Source: Eledone cirrhosa (Eukaryota). From it: 64,000 nucleotides of DNA. The position numbers and the translations under genes were made by a program. The stretch is taken from positions 162,688,001 through 162,752,000 of the forward strand of contig OZ024742.1 in the NCBI GenBank assembly GCA_964016885.1, in the 5' to 3' direction. The notes beneath the pieces are model-generated. The model saw only the letters and a program-made list of their open reading frames with translations, had not been told where the DNA came from and made no database searches. This document shows, piece after piece, positions 24,901-39,200 of the stretch. Numbering within the stretch: position 1 is the first letter of the stretch; every line of letters starts with the position of its first letter.

Positions 24901-27470
24901 GGGAAATTATCTCCCCTTGGACGGCTGGAAATTATATCCCCTTGGAAGGATGGAAATTATCTCCCCTTGGACGGCTGGAAATTATCTCCCCTTGGACGGC
25001 TGGAAATTATCGCCCCTTGGACAGCTGGAAATTATCTGCCCTTGATTTTGTTTTTACAAATTATCTCCCCCTGATTTTTTTTACAAATTATCTCCACCTG
25101 ATTTTTTAAAAAATTATCTCCCCTTGGACGGCTGGAAATTATCTCCCTTTGATTTTTTTTACAAATTATCTCCCCCTGATTTTTTTTACAAATTATCTCC
25201 CCCTGATTTTTTTTTACAAATTATCTACCCCTGATTTTTTTTTACAAATTTTCTCCCCCTGATTTTTTTTACAAATTATCTCCTGATTTTTTTTTTACAA
25301 ATTATCTCCCCCTGATTTTTTTACAAATTATCTCCCCCTGATTTTTTTTACAAATTATCTCCGCCTGATTCTTTTAAATATTATCTTCCCTTGGCTGGCG
25401 GGAAATTATCTCCCCTTGGACGGCTGGAAATTATCTCCCCTTGATTTTTTTTACAAATTATCTCCCCCTGATTTTTTTTTACAAATTATCTCCCCCTGAT
25501 TTTTTTTTACAAATTATCTCCCCCTGATTTTTTTTTACAAATTATCTCCCCCTGATTTTTTTTACAAATTATCTCCCCCTGATTTATTTACAAATTATCT
25601 CCCCTTGGCTGGCTGGAAATTATCTCCCCTTGGAGGCTGGAATTTATCTCCCCTTGGACGGCTAGAAATTACCTCTCCTTGGACGGCTGGAAAATATGTC
25701 CTTGGACGGCTGGATATTATCTACCCTTGGACGGCTGGAAATTATCTCCCCTTGGACGGCTGGAAATTATCTCCCCTTGGACGGCTAGATATTACCTCCC
25801 CTTGGACGGCTGGAAATTATCTCCCCTTGATTTTTTTTACAAATTATCTCCCCCTGATTTTTTTTTACAAATTATCTCCCCCTGATTTTTTTTTACAAAT
25901 TATCTCCCCCTGATTTTTTTACAAATTATCTCCCCCTGATTTTTTTTTACAAATTATCTCCCCCTGATTTTTTTTACAAATTATCTACCCCTGATTTTTT
26001 TTACAAATTATCTCCCCCTGATTTTTTTTACAAATTATCTCCCCCTGATTTTGTTTACAAATTATCTCCCCCTGATTTTTTTACAAATTATCTCCCCCTG
26101 ATTTTTTTTACAAATTAACTCCGCCTAATTTTTTTAAATATTATCTTTCCTTGGCTGGCGGGAAATTATCTCCCCTTGGACGGCTGAAAATTATCTCCCC
26201 TTGGACGGCTGGAAATTATCTCCCCTTGATTTTTTTACAAATTATCTCCCCCTGATTATTTTTTACAAATTATCTCCCCCTGATTTTTTTTACAAATTAT
26301 CTCCCCCTGATTTTTTTTACAAATTATCTCCCCCTGATTTTTTTACAAATTATCTCCTCTTGGCTGGCTGGAAATTATCTCCCCTTGGAGGCTGGAATTT
26401 ATCTCCCCTTGGACGGTTAGAAATTACCTCTCCTTGGACGGCTGGAAAATATGTCTCCTTGGACGGCTGGAAATTATCGCCCCTTGGACGGCTGGAAATT
26501 ATCTCCCCTTGGACGGCTGGAAATTATCTCTCCTCGGACGGCTAGAAATTACCTCTCCTTGGACAGCTGAAAATTATCTCCCCTTGGACGGCTGGAAATT
26601 ATCTCCCCTTGATTTTTTTTACAAATTATCTCCCCCTGATTTTTTTTTACAAATTATCTCCCCCTGATTTTTTTTTACAAATTATCTCCCCCTGATTTTT
26701 TTTTACAAATTATCTCCCCTTGGCTGGCTGGAAATTATCTCCCCTTGGAGGCTGGAATTTATCTCCCCTTGGACGGCTAGAAATTACCTCGCCTTGGACG
26801 GCTGGAAAATATGTCTCCTTGGACGGCTGGAAATTATCTCCCCTTGGACGGCTGGAAATTATCTCCCCTTGGACGGCTGGAAATTATCTCCCCTTGGACG
26901 GCTAGATATTACCTCCCCTTGGACGGCTGGAAATTATCTCCCCTTGATTTTTTTTACAAATTATCTCCCCCTGATTTTTTTTTACAAATTATCTCCCCCT
27001 GATTTTTTTTTACGAATTATCTCCCCCTGATTTTTTTTTACAAATTATCTCCGCCTGATTTTTTTTAAAAATTATCTCCCCTTGAACGGCTGGAAATTAT
27101 CTCCCCTTGGACGGCTGGAAATTATCTCCCCTTGATTTTTCAACAAATTATCTCCCCCTGATTTTTTTTTACAAATTATCTCCCCCTCATTTTTTTTTAC
27201 AAATTATCTCCCCCTGATTTTTTTTACAATCTCCGCCTGATTTTTTTAAAAATTATCTTCCCTTGGCTGGCGGGAAATTATCTCCCCTTGGACGGCTGGA
27301 AATTATATCCCCTTGGAAGGATGGAAATTATCTCCCCTTGGACGGCTGGAAATTATCTCCCCTTGGACGGCTGGAAATTATCTCCCCTTGGACAGCTGGA
27401 AATTATCTGCCCTTGATTTTGTTTTTACAAATTATCTCCCCCTGATTTTTTTTACAAATTATCTCCCCCT
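18990..27470. repeat. Block of about 2.4 kb (about 18990-21410) repeated at about 25135-27470, offset 6144 stepping to 6059; a third copy lies at about 29170-31590
   Basis: Rare variant CAAATTTTCTCC at 19101/25245 (6144); ORFs 19489/25605 (6116), 20661/26720 and 21204/27263 (6059); shared AAATTAACTCCGCC and CCCCCTCATTTT variants. Confidence 0.85.
22690..23670. repeat. Local 663-bp-offset duplication of an A-run cassette
   Basis: Identical ORFs at 22790 and 23453 share the rare TTGACGG (1-bp deletion), ATCGCCCC and CCTCGGACGG variants. Confidence 0.82.
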
Positions 27471-30400
27471 GATTTTTTTACAAATTATCTCCCCTTGGCT
27501 GGCTGGAAATTATCTCCCCTTGGAGGCTGGAATTTATCTGCCCTTGGACGGCTAGAAATTACCTCTCCTTGGAAGGCTGGAAAATATTTCTCCTTGGACG
27601 GCTGGATATTATCTACCCTTGGACGGGTGGAAATTATCTCCCCTTGGACGGCTGGAAATTATCTCCCCTTGGACAGCTAGATATTACCTCCCCTTGGACG
27701 GCTGGAAATTATCTCCCCTTGATTTTTTTTACAAATTATCTCCCCCTGATTTTTTTTACAAATTATCTCCACCTGATTTTTTTACAAATTATCTCCCCCT
27801 GATTTTTTTTACAAATTATCTCCCCCTGATTTTTTTACAAATTATCTCCACTTGGCTGGCTGGAAATTATCTCCCCTTGGAGGCTGGAATTTATCTCCCC
27901 TTGGACGGCTGGAAATTATCTCCCCTTGATTTTTTTTACAAATTATCTACCCCTGATTTTTTTTACAAATTATCTCCCCCTGATTTTTTTTACAAATTAT
28001 CTCCCCCTGATTTTTTTACAAATTATCTCCCCCTGATTTTTTTACAAATTATCTCCCCCTGATTTTTTTTTACAAATTATCTACGCCTAATTTTTTTTAC
28101 AAATTATCTCCCCCTGATTTTTTTTTACAAGTTATCTCACCCTGATTTTTTTTTACAAATTATCTCCCCCTGATTTTTTTTTACAAATTATCTCCCCCTG
28201 ATTTTTTTACAAATTATCTCCCCCCTGATTTTTATTACAATCTCCGCCTGATTTTTTAAAAAATTATCTTCCCTTGGCTGGCGGGAAATTATCTCCTCTT
28301 GGACGGCTGGAAATTATATCCCCTTGGAAGGATGGAAATTATCTCCCCTTGGACGGCTGGAAATTATCTCCCCTTGGACGGCTGGAAATTATCTCCCCTT
28401 GGACAGCTGGAAATTATCTGCCCTTGATTTTGTTTTTACAAATTATCTCCACCTGATTTTTTAAAAAATTATCTCCCCTTGGACGGCTGGAAATTATCTC
28501 CCCTTGGCTGGAAATTATCTCCCCTTGGACGGCTAGAAATTATCTCTCTTTGGACGGCTGGAAATTATCTCCCTTTGATTTTTTTTACAAATTATCTCCC
28601 CCTGATTTTTTTTACAAATCTCCTCTTTAAAAAAAAATTATCTCCCCTTCGCTGGCTGGAAATTATCTCCCTTTGGACACTGGAAATTATAGCCCCTTGG
28701 AGGGCTGGAAATTATCTTCCCTTGGACGGCTGGAAATTATCTCTCCTTGATTTTTTTTACAAATTATCTCCCCCTGATTTTTTTTTACAAATTATCCCCC
28801 CCGATTTTTTTTACAAATTATCTCCCCCTGATTTTTTTTACAAATTATCTCCCCTTGGACGGCTGGAAATTATCTCCCCTTGGACGGCTGGAAATTATCT
28901 CCCCTTGGACGGCTAGAAATTACCTCTCATTGGACGGCTGAAAATTATCTCCCCTTGGACGGCTGGAAATTATCTCCCCTTGATTTTTTTTACAAATTAT
29001 CTCCCCCTGATTTTTTTTTACAAATTATCTCCCCCTGATTTTTTTTTTACAAATTATCTCCGCCTGATTTTTTTTTAAAATTATCTCTCCTTGGACGGCT
29101 GGAAATTATCTCCCCTTGGCTCGAAATTATCTCCCCTTGGACGGCTAGAAATTATCTCTCTTTGGACGGCTGGAAATTATCTCCCTTTGATTTTTTTTAC
29201 AAATTATCTCCCCCTGATTTTTTTTACAAATTATCTCCCCCTGATTTTTTTTTACAAATTATCTACCCCTGATTTTTTTTTACAAATTTTCTCCCCCTGA
29301 TTTTTTTTACAAATTATCTCCTGATTTTTTTTTTACAAATTATCTCCCCCTGATTTTTTTACAAATTATCTCCCCCTGATTTTTTTTACAAATTATCTCC
29401 GCCTGATTCTTTTAAATATTATCTTCCCTTGGCTGGCGGGAAATTATCTCCCCTTGGACGGCTGGAAATTATCTCCCCTTGATTTTTTTTACAAATTATC
29501 TCCCCCTGATTTTTTTTTACAAATTATCTCCCCCTGATTTTTTTTTACAAATTATCTCCCCCTGATTTTTTTTTACAAATTATCTCCCCCTGATTTTTTT
29601 TTACAAATTATCTCCCCCTGATTTTTTTTACAAATTATCTCCCCCTGATTTATTTACAAATTATCTCCCCTTGGCTGGCTGGAAATTATCTCCCCTTGGA
29701 GGCTGGAATTTATCTCCCCTTGGACGGCTAGAAATTACCTCTCCTTGGACGGCTGGAAAATATGTCCTTGGACGGCTGGATATTATCTACCCTTGGACGG
29801 CTGGAAATTATCTCCCCTTGGACGGCTGGAAATTATCTCCCCTTGGACGGCTAGATATTACCTCCCCTTGGACGGCTGGAAATTATCTCCCCTTGATTTT
29901 TTTTACAAATTATCTCCCCCTGATTTTTTTTTACAAATTATCTCCCCCTGATTTTTTTTTACAAATTATCTCCCCATGATTTTTTTTACAAATTATCTAC
30001 CCCTGATTTTTTTTTACAAATTATCTCCCCCTGATTTTTTTACAAATTATCTCCCCCTGATTTTTTTTTACAAATTATCTCCCCCTGATTTTTTTTTACA
30101 AATTATCTACCCCTGATTTTTTTTACAAATTATCTCCCCCTGATTTTTTTTACAAATTATCTCCCCCTGATTTTGTTTACAAATTATCTCCCCCTGATTT
30201 TTTTACAAATTATCTCCCCCTGATTTTTTTTACAAATTAACTCCGCCTAATTTTTTTAAATATTATCTTTCCTTGGCTGGCGGGAAATTATCTCCCCTTG
30301 GACGGCTGAAAATTATCTCCCCTTGGACGGCTGGAAATTATCTCCCCTTGATTTTTTTACAAATTATCTCCCCCTGATTATTTTTTACAAATTATCTCCC

Positions 30401-33400
30401 CCTGATTTTTTTTTACAAATTATCTCCCCCTGATTTTTTTTACAAATTATCTCCCCCTGATTTTTTTACAAATTATCTCCTCTTGGCTGGCTGGAAATTA
30501 TCTCCCCTTGGAGGCTGGAATTTATCTCCCCTTGGACGGTTAGAAATTACCTCTCCTTGGACGGCTGGAAAATATGTCTCCTTGGACGGCTGGAAATTAT
30601 CGCCCCTTGGACGGCTGGAAATTATCTCCCCTTGGACGGCTGGAAATTATCTCTCCTCGGACGGCTAGAAATCACCTCTCCTTGGACAGCTGAAAATTAT
30701 CTCCCCTTGGACGGCTGGAAATTATCTCCCCTTGATTTTTTTTACAAATTATCTCCCCCTGATTTTTTTTTACAAATTATCTCCCCCTGATTTTTTTTTA
30801 CAAATTATCTCCCCCTGATTTTTTTTTACAAATTATCTCCCCTTGGCTGGCTGGAAATTATCTCCCCTTGGAGGCTGGAATTTATCTCCCCTTGGACGGC
30901 TAGAAATTACCTCGCCTTGGACGGCTGGAAAATATGTCTCCTTGGACGGCTGGAAATTATCCCCCCTTGGACGGCTGGAAATTATCTCCCCTTGGACGGC
31001 TGGAAATTATCTCCCCTTGGACGGCTAGATATTACCTCCCCTTGGACGGCTGGAAATTATCTCCCCTTGATTTTTTTTACAAATTATCTCCCCCTGATTT
31101 TTTTTTACAAATTATCTCCCCCTGATTTTTTTTTACGAATTATCTCCCCCTGATTTTTTTTTACAAATTATCTCCGCCTGATTTTTTTTAAAAATTATCT
31201 CCCCTTGAACGGCTGGAAATTATCTCCCCTTGGACGGCTGGAAATTATCTCCCCTTGATTTTTTAACAAATTATCTCCCCCTGATTTTTTTTTACAAATT
31301 ATCTCCCCCTCATTTTTTTTTACAAATTATCTCCCCCTGATTTTTTTTACAATCTCCGCCTGATTTTTTTAAAAATTATCTTCCCTTGGCTGGCGGGAAA
31401 TTATCTCCCCTTGGACGGCTGGAAATTATATCCCCTTGGAAGGATGGAAATTATCTCCCCTTGGACGGCTGGAAATTATCTCCCCTTGGACGGCTGGAAA
31501 TTATCTCCCCTTGGACAGCTGGAAATTATCTGCCCTTGATTTTGTTTTTACAAATTATCTCCCCCTGATTTTTTTTACAAATTATCTCCACCTGATTTTT
31601 TAAAAAATTATCTCCCCTTGCACGGCTGGAAATTATCTCCCCTTGATTTTTTTACAAATTATCTCCCCCTGATTTTTTTTACAAATTATCTCCCCCTGAT
31701 TTTTTGTTACAAATTATCTCCCCCTGATTTTTTTACAAATTATCTCCCCCTGATTTTTTTTACAAATTATCTCCCCCTGATTTTTTTACAAATTATCTCC
31801 CCCTGATTTTTTTTACAAATTATCTCCGCCTGATTTTTTTAAATATTATCTTCCCTTGGCTGGCGGGAAATTATCTCCCCTTGGACGGCTGAAAATTATC
31901 TCCCCTTGGACGGCTGGAAATTATCTCCCCTTGATTTTTTTTACAAATTATCTCCCCCTGATTTTTTTTTACAAATTATCTCCCCCTGATTTTTTTTTAC
32001 AAATTATCTCCCCCTGATTTTTTTTTACAAATTATCTCCCCCTGATTTTTTTTACAAATTATCTCCCCCTGATTTTTTTACAAATTATCTCCCCTTGGCT
32101 GGCTGGAAATTATCTCCCCTTGGAGGCTGGAATTTATCTCCCCTTGGACGGCTAGAAATTACCCCTCCTTGGACGGCTGGAAAATATGTCCTTGGACGGC
32201 TGGATATTATCTACCCTTGGACGGCTGGAAATTATCTCCCCTTGGACGGCTGGAAATTATCTCCCCTTGGACGGCTAGATATTACCTCCCCTTGGACGGC
32301 TGGAAATTATCTCCCCTTGATTTTTTTTACAAATTATCTCCCCCTGATTTTTTTTTACAAATTATCTCCCCCTGATTTTTTTTTACAAATTATCTACCCC
32401 TGATTTTTTTTTACAAATTATCTCCCCCTGATTTTTTTTACAAATTATCTCCCCCTGATTTTTTTTTACAAATTATCTCCCCCTGATTTTTTTTTACAAA
32501 TTATCTACGCCTGATTTTTTTTACAAATTATCTCCCCCTGATTTTTTTTACAAATTATCTCCCCCTGATTTTATTTACAAATTATCTCCCCCTGATTTTT
32601 TTACAAATTATCTCCCCCTGATTTTTTTTACAAATTATCTCCGCCTAATTTTTTTAAATATTATCTTCCCTTGGCTGGCGGGAAATTATCTTCCCTTGGA
32701 CGGCTGAAAATTATCTCCCCTTGGACGGCTGGAAATTATCTCCCCTTGATTTTTTTACAAATTATCTCCCCCTGATTATTTTTTACAAATTATCTCCCCC
32801 TGATTCTTTTTTACAAATTATCTCCCCCTGATTTTTTTTACAAATTATCTCCCCCTGATTTTTTTACAAATTATCTCCCCTTGGCTGGCTGGAAATTATC
32901 TCCCCTTGGAGGCTGGAATTTATCTCCCCTTGGACGGTTAGAAATTACCTCTCCTTGGACAGCTGGAAAATATGTCTCCTTGGACGGCTGGAAATTATCG
33001 CCCCTTGGACGGCTGGAAATTATCTCCCCTTGACGGCTGGAAATTATCTCTCCTCGGACGGCTAGAAATTACCTCTCCTTGGACAGCTGAAAATTATCTC
33101 CCCTTGGACGGCTGGAAATTATCTCCCCTTGATTTTTTTTACAAATTATCTCCCCCTGATTTTTTTTTACAAATTATCTCCCCCTGATTTTTTTTTACAA
33201 ATTATCTCCCCCTGATTTTTTTTTACAAATTATCTCCCCTTGGCTGGCTGGAAATTATCTCCCCTTGGAGGCTGGAATTTATCTCCCGTTGGACGGCTAG
33301 AAATTACCTCGCCTTGGACGGCTGGAAAATATGTCTCCTTGGACGGCTGGAAATTATCTCCCCTTGGACGGCTGGAAATTATCTCCCCTTGGACGGCTGG

Positions 33401-34879
33401 AAATTATCTCCCCTTGGACGGCTAGATATTACCTCCCCTTGGACGGCTGGAAATCATCTCCCCTTGATTTTTTTTACAAATTATCTCCCCCTGATTTTTT
33501 TTACAAATTATCTCCCCCTGATTTTTTTTTACGAATTATCTCCCCCTGATTTTTTTTTACAAATTATCTCCGCCTGATTTTTTTTTAAAAATTATCTCTC
33601 CTTGAACGGCTGGAAATTATCTCCCCTTGGACGGCTGGAAATTATCTCCCCTTGAAAGGCTAGAAATTACCTCTCCTTGGACGGCTGAAAATTATCTCCC
33701 CTTGGACGGCTGCAAATTATCTCCCCTTGATTTTTTAACAAATTATCTCCCCCTGATTATTTTTTACAAATTATCTCCCCCTGATTTTTTTTTACAAATT
33801 ATCTCCCCCTGATTTTTTTTTACAAATTATCTCCCCCTGATTTTTTTACAAATTATCTCCCCCTGATTTTTTTTACAATCTCCGCCTGATTTTTTTAAAA
33901 ATTATCTTCCCTTGGCTGGCGGGAAATTATCTCCCCTTGGACGGCTGGAAATTATATCCCCTTGGAAGGATGGAAATTATCTCCCCTTGGACGGCTGGAA
34001 ATTATCTCCCCTTGGACGGCTGGAAATTATCTCCCCTTGGACAGCTGGAAATTATCTGCCCTTGATTTTGTTTTTACAAATTATCTCCCCCTGATTTTTT
34101 TTACAAATTATCTCCACCTGATTTTTTAAAAAATTATCTCCCCTTGGACGGCTGGAAATTATCTCCCCTTGATTTTTTTTACAAATTATCTCCCCCTGAT
34201 TTTTTTTTACAAATTATCTCCCCCTGATTTTTTTTTACAAATTATCTCCCCCTGATTTTTTTTTACAAATTATCTCCCCCTGATTTTTTTACAAATTATC
34301 TCCCCTTGGCTGGCTGGAAATTATCTCCCCTTGGAGGCTGGAATTTATCTCCCCTTGGACGGCTAGAAATTACCTCTCCTTGGACGGCTGGAAAATATGT
34401 CTCCTTGGACGGCTGGATATTATCTACCCTTGGACGGCTGGAAATTATCTCCCCTTGGACGGCTGGAAATTATCTCCCCTTGGACGGCTAGATATTACCT
34501 CCCCTTGGACGGCTGGAAATTATCTCCCCTTGGACGGCTGGAAATTATCTCCCCTTGGACGGCTAGAAATTACCTCTCCTTGGACGGCTGAAAATTATCT
34601 CCCCTTGGACGGCTGCAAATTATCTACCCTTGATTTTTTTAACATATTATCTCCCCCTGATTTTTTTTTACAAATTATCTCCGCCTGATTTTTTTTTACA
34701 AATTATCTACGCCTAATTTTTTTTACAAATTATCTCCCCCTGATTTTTTTTTTACAAATTATCTCCCCCTGATTTTTTTTACAAATTATCTCCCCCTGAT
34801 TTTTTTTTACAAATTATCTCCCCCTGATTTTTTTACAAATTATCTCCCCCCTGATTTTTTTTACAATCTCCGCCTGATT

Positions 34880-37800
34880 TTTTTAAAAATTATCTTCCCT
34901 TGGCTGGCGGGAAATTATCTCCCCTTGGACGGCTGGAAATTATATCCCCTTGGAAGGATGGAAATTATCTCCCCTTGGACGGCTGGAAATTATCTCCCCT
35001 TGGACGGCTGGAAATTATCGCCCCTTGGACAGCTGGAAATTATCTGCCCTTGATTTTGTTTTTACAAATTATCTCCCCCTGATTTTTTTTACAAATTATC
35101 TCCACCTGATTTTTTAAAAAATTATCTCCCCTTGGACGGCTGGAAATTATCTCCCCTTGATTTTTTTACAAATTATCTCCCCCTGATTTTTTTTACAAAT
35201 TATCTCCCCCTGATTTTTTTTTTACAAATTATCTCCCCCTGATTTTTTTACAAATTATCTCCCCCTGATTTTTTTTACAAATTATCTCCGCCTGATTTTT
35301 TTAAATATTATCTTCCCTTGGCTGGCGGGAAATTATCTCCCCTTGGACGGCTGAAAATTATCTCCCCTTGGACGGCTGGAAATTATCTCCCCTTGATTTT
35401 TTTTACAAATTATCTCCCCCTGATTTTTTTTTACAAATTATCTCCCCCTGGTTTTTTTTTACAAATTATCTCCCCCTGATTTTTTTTTACAAATTATCTG
35501 CCCCTGATTTTTTTTACAAATTATCTCCCCCTGATTTTTTTACAAATTATCTCCCCTTGGCTGGCTGGAAATTATCTCCCCTTGGAGGCTGGAATTTATC
35601 TCCCCTTGGACGGCTAGAAATCACCTCTCCTTGGAAGGCTGGAAAATATTTCTCCTTGGACGGCTGGATATTATCTACCCTTGGACGGGTGGAAATTATC
35701 TCCCCTTGGACGGCTGGAAATTATCTCCCCTTGGACAGCTAGATATTACCTCCCCTTGGACGGCTGGAAATTATCTCCCCTTGATTTTTTTTACAAATTA
35801 TCTCCCCCTGATTTTTTTTACAAATTATCTCCACCTGATTTTTTTACAAATTATCTCCTCCTGATTTTTTTTACAAATTATCTCCCCCTGATTTTTTTTT
35901 TACAAATTATCTCCCCCTGATTTTTTTACAAATTATCTCCGCCTGATTTTTTTAAATATTATCTTCCCTTGGCTGGCGGGAAATTATCTCCCCTTGGACG
36001 GCTGAAAATTATCTCCCCTTGGACGGCTGGAAATTATCTCCCCTTGATTTTTTTTACAAATTATCTCCCCCTGATTATTTTTTACAAATTATCTTTCCCT
36101 GATTTTTTTTTACAAATTATCTCCTCCTGATTTTTTTTACAAATTATCTCCCCCTGATTTTTTTACAAGTTATCTCCCCTTGGCTGGCTGGAAATTATCT
36201 CCCCTTGGAGGCTGGAATTTATCTCCCCTTGGACGGCTGGAAATTATCTCTCCTTGGACGGCTAGTAATTACCTCTCCTTGGACGGCTGGAAAATATGTC
36301 TCGTTGGAGGGCTGGAAATTATCTCCCCTTGGACGGCTGGAAATTATCTCCCCTTGGACAGCTGGAAATTATCTGCCCTTGATTTTGTTTTTACAAATTA
36401 TCTCCCCCTGATTTTTTTTACAAATTATCTCCACCTGATTTTTTAAAAAATTATCTCCCCTTGGACGGCTGGAAATTATCTCCCCTTGATTTTTTTACAA
36501 ATTATCTCCCCCTGATTTTTTTTACAAATTATCTCCCCCTGATTTTTTGTTACAAATTATCTCCCCCTGATTTTTTTACAAATTATCTCCCCCTGATTTT
36601 TTTTACAAATTATCTCCGCCTGATTTTTTTAAATATTATCTTCCCTTGGCTGGCGGGAAATTATCTCCCCTTGGACGGCTGAAAATTATCTCCCCTTGGA
36701 CGGCTGGAAATTATCTCCCCTTGATTTTTTTTACAAATTATCTCCCCCTGATTTTTTTTTACAAATTATCTCCCCCTGATTTTTTTTTACAAATTATCTC
36801 CCCCTGATTTTTTTTTACAAATTATCTCCCCCTGATTTTTTTACAAATTATCTCCCCTTGGCTGGCTGGAAATTATCTCCCCTTGGAGGCTGGAATTTAT
36901 CTCCCCTTGGACGGCTAGAAATTACCTCTCCTTGGACGGCTGGAAAATATGTCTCCTTGGACGGCTGGATATTATCTACCCTTGGACGGCTGGAAATTAT
37001 CTCCCCTTGGACGGCTGGAAATTATCTCCCCTTGGACGGCTAGATATTACCTCCCCTTGGACGGCTGGAAATTATCTCCCCTTGATTTTTTTTACAAATT
37101 ATCTCCCCCTGATTTTTTTTTACGAATTATCTCCCCCTGATTTTTTTTTACAAATTATCTCCGCCTGATTTTTTTTTTTAAATTATCTCCCCTTGAACGG
37201 CTGGAAATTATCTCCCCTTGGACGGCTGGAAATTATCTCCCCTTGGACGGCTAGAAATTACCTCTCCTTGGACGGCTGAAAATTATCTCCCCTTGGACGG
37301 CTGCAAATTATCTCCCCTTGATTTTTTTAACATATTATCTCCCCCTGATTTTTTTTTACAAATTATCTCCCCCTGATTTTTTTTTACAAATTATCTACGC
37401 CTAATTTTTTTTACAAATTATCTCCCCCTGATTTTTTTTTTACAAATTATCTCCCCCTGATTTTTTTTACAAATTATCTCCCCCTGATTTTTTTTTACAA
37501 ATTATCTCCCCCTGATTTTTTTACAAATTATCTCCCCCCTGATTTTTTTTACAATCTCCGCCTGATTTTTTTAAAAATTATCTTCCCTTGGCTGGCGGGA
37601 AATTATCTCCCCTTGGACGGCTGGAAATTATATCCCCTTGGAAGGATGGAAATTATCTCCCCTTGGACGGCTGGAAATTATCTCCCCTTGGACGGCTGCA
37701 AATTATCTCCCCTTGATTTTTTTAACATATTATCTCCCCCTGATTTTTTTTTACAAATTATCTCCCCCTGATTTTTTTTTACAAATTATCTACGCCTAAT

Positions 37801-39200
37801 TTTTTTTACAAATTATCTCCCCCTGATTTTTTTTTTACAAATTATCTCCCCCTGATTTTTTTTACAAATTATCTCCCCCTGATTTTTTTTTACAAATTAT
37901 CTCCCCCTGATTTTTTTACAAATTATCTCCCCCCTGATTTTTTTTACAATCTCCGCCTGATTTTTTTAAAAATTATCTTCCCTTGGCTGGCGGGAAATTA
38001 TCTCCCCTTGGACGGCTGGAAATTATATCCCCTTGGAAGGATGGAAATTATCTCCCCTTGGACGGCTGGAAATTATCTCCCCTTGGACGGCTGGAAATTA
38101 TCGCCCCTTGGACAGCTGGAAATTATCTGCCCTTGATTTTGTTTTTAAAAATTATCTCCCCCTGATTTTTTTTACAAATTATCTCCACCTGATTTTTTAA
38201 AAAATTATCTCCCCTTGGACGGCTGGAAATTATCTCCCCTTGATTTTTTTACAAATTATCTCCCCCTGATTTTTTTTACAAATTATCTCCCCGATTTTTT
38301 TTTTACAAATTATCTCCCCCTGATTTTTTTACAAATTATCTCCCCCTGATTTTTTTTACAAATTATCTCCGCCTGATTTTTTTAAATATTATCTTCCCTT
38401 GGCTGGCGGGAAATTATCTCCCCTTGGACGGCTGAAAATTATCTCCCCTTGGACGGCTGGAAATTATCTCCCCTTGATTTTTTTTACAAATTATCTCCCC
38501 CTGATTTTTTTTTACAAATTATCTCCCCCTGATTTTTTTTTACAAATTATCTCCCCCTGATTTTTTTTTACAAATTATCTGCCCCTGATTTTTTTTACAA
38601 ATTATCTCCCCCTGATTTTTTTACAAATTATCTCCCCTTGGCTGGCTGGAAATTATCTCCCCTTGGAGGCTGGAATTTATCTCCCCTTGGACGGCTAGAA
38701 ATCACCTCTCCTTGGAAGGCTGGAAAATATTTCTCCTTGGACGGCTGGATATTATCTACCCTTGGACGGGTGGAAATTATCTCCCCTTGGACGGCTGGAA
38801 ATTATCTCCCCTTGGACAGCTAGATATTACCTCCCCTTGGACGGCTGGAAATTATCTCCCCTTGATTTTTTTTACAAATTATCTCCCCCTGATTTTTTTT
38901 ACAAATTATCTCCACCTGATTTTTTTACAAATTATCTCCTCCTGATTTTTTTTACAAATTATCTCCCCCTGATTTTTTTTTTACAAATTATCTCCCCCTG
39001 ATTTTTTTACAAATTATCTCCGCCTGATTTTTTTAAATATTATCTTCCCTTGGCTGGCGGGAAATTATCTCCCCTTGGACGGCTGAAAATTATCTCCCCT
39101 TGGACGGCTGGAAATTATCTCCCCTTGATTTTTTTTACAAATTATCTCCCCCTGATTATTTTTTACAAATTATCTTTCCCTGATTTTTTTTTACAAATTA
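34880..39200. repeat. About 3.08-kb-offset duplication (about 34880-36120 repeated at about 37965-39200)
   Basis: ORFs 34900/37983 (3083), 35631/38712 and 35681/38762 (3081); shared AAATCACCTCTCCTTGGAAGG and TCTCCTCCTGA variants. Confidence 0.8.

Larger units (their letters stand above)
17270..33520. repeat. Higher-order duplication with about 10.18-10.21 kb offset (about 17270-23340 repeated at about 27478-33520)
   Basis: ORF offsets: 17287/27495 and 18066/28274 = 10208; 18298/28479 = 10181 after loss of one 27-bp B monomer near 28440; 18909/29091, 19489/29671, 20301/30483, 21913/32095 and 23058/33240 = 10182. Confidence 0.92.
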
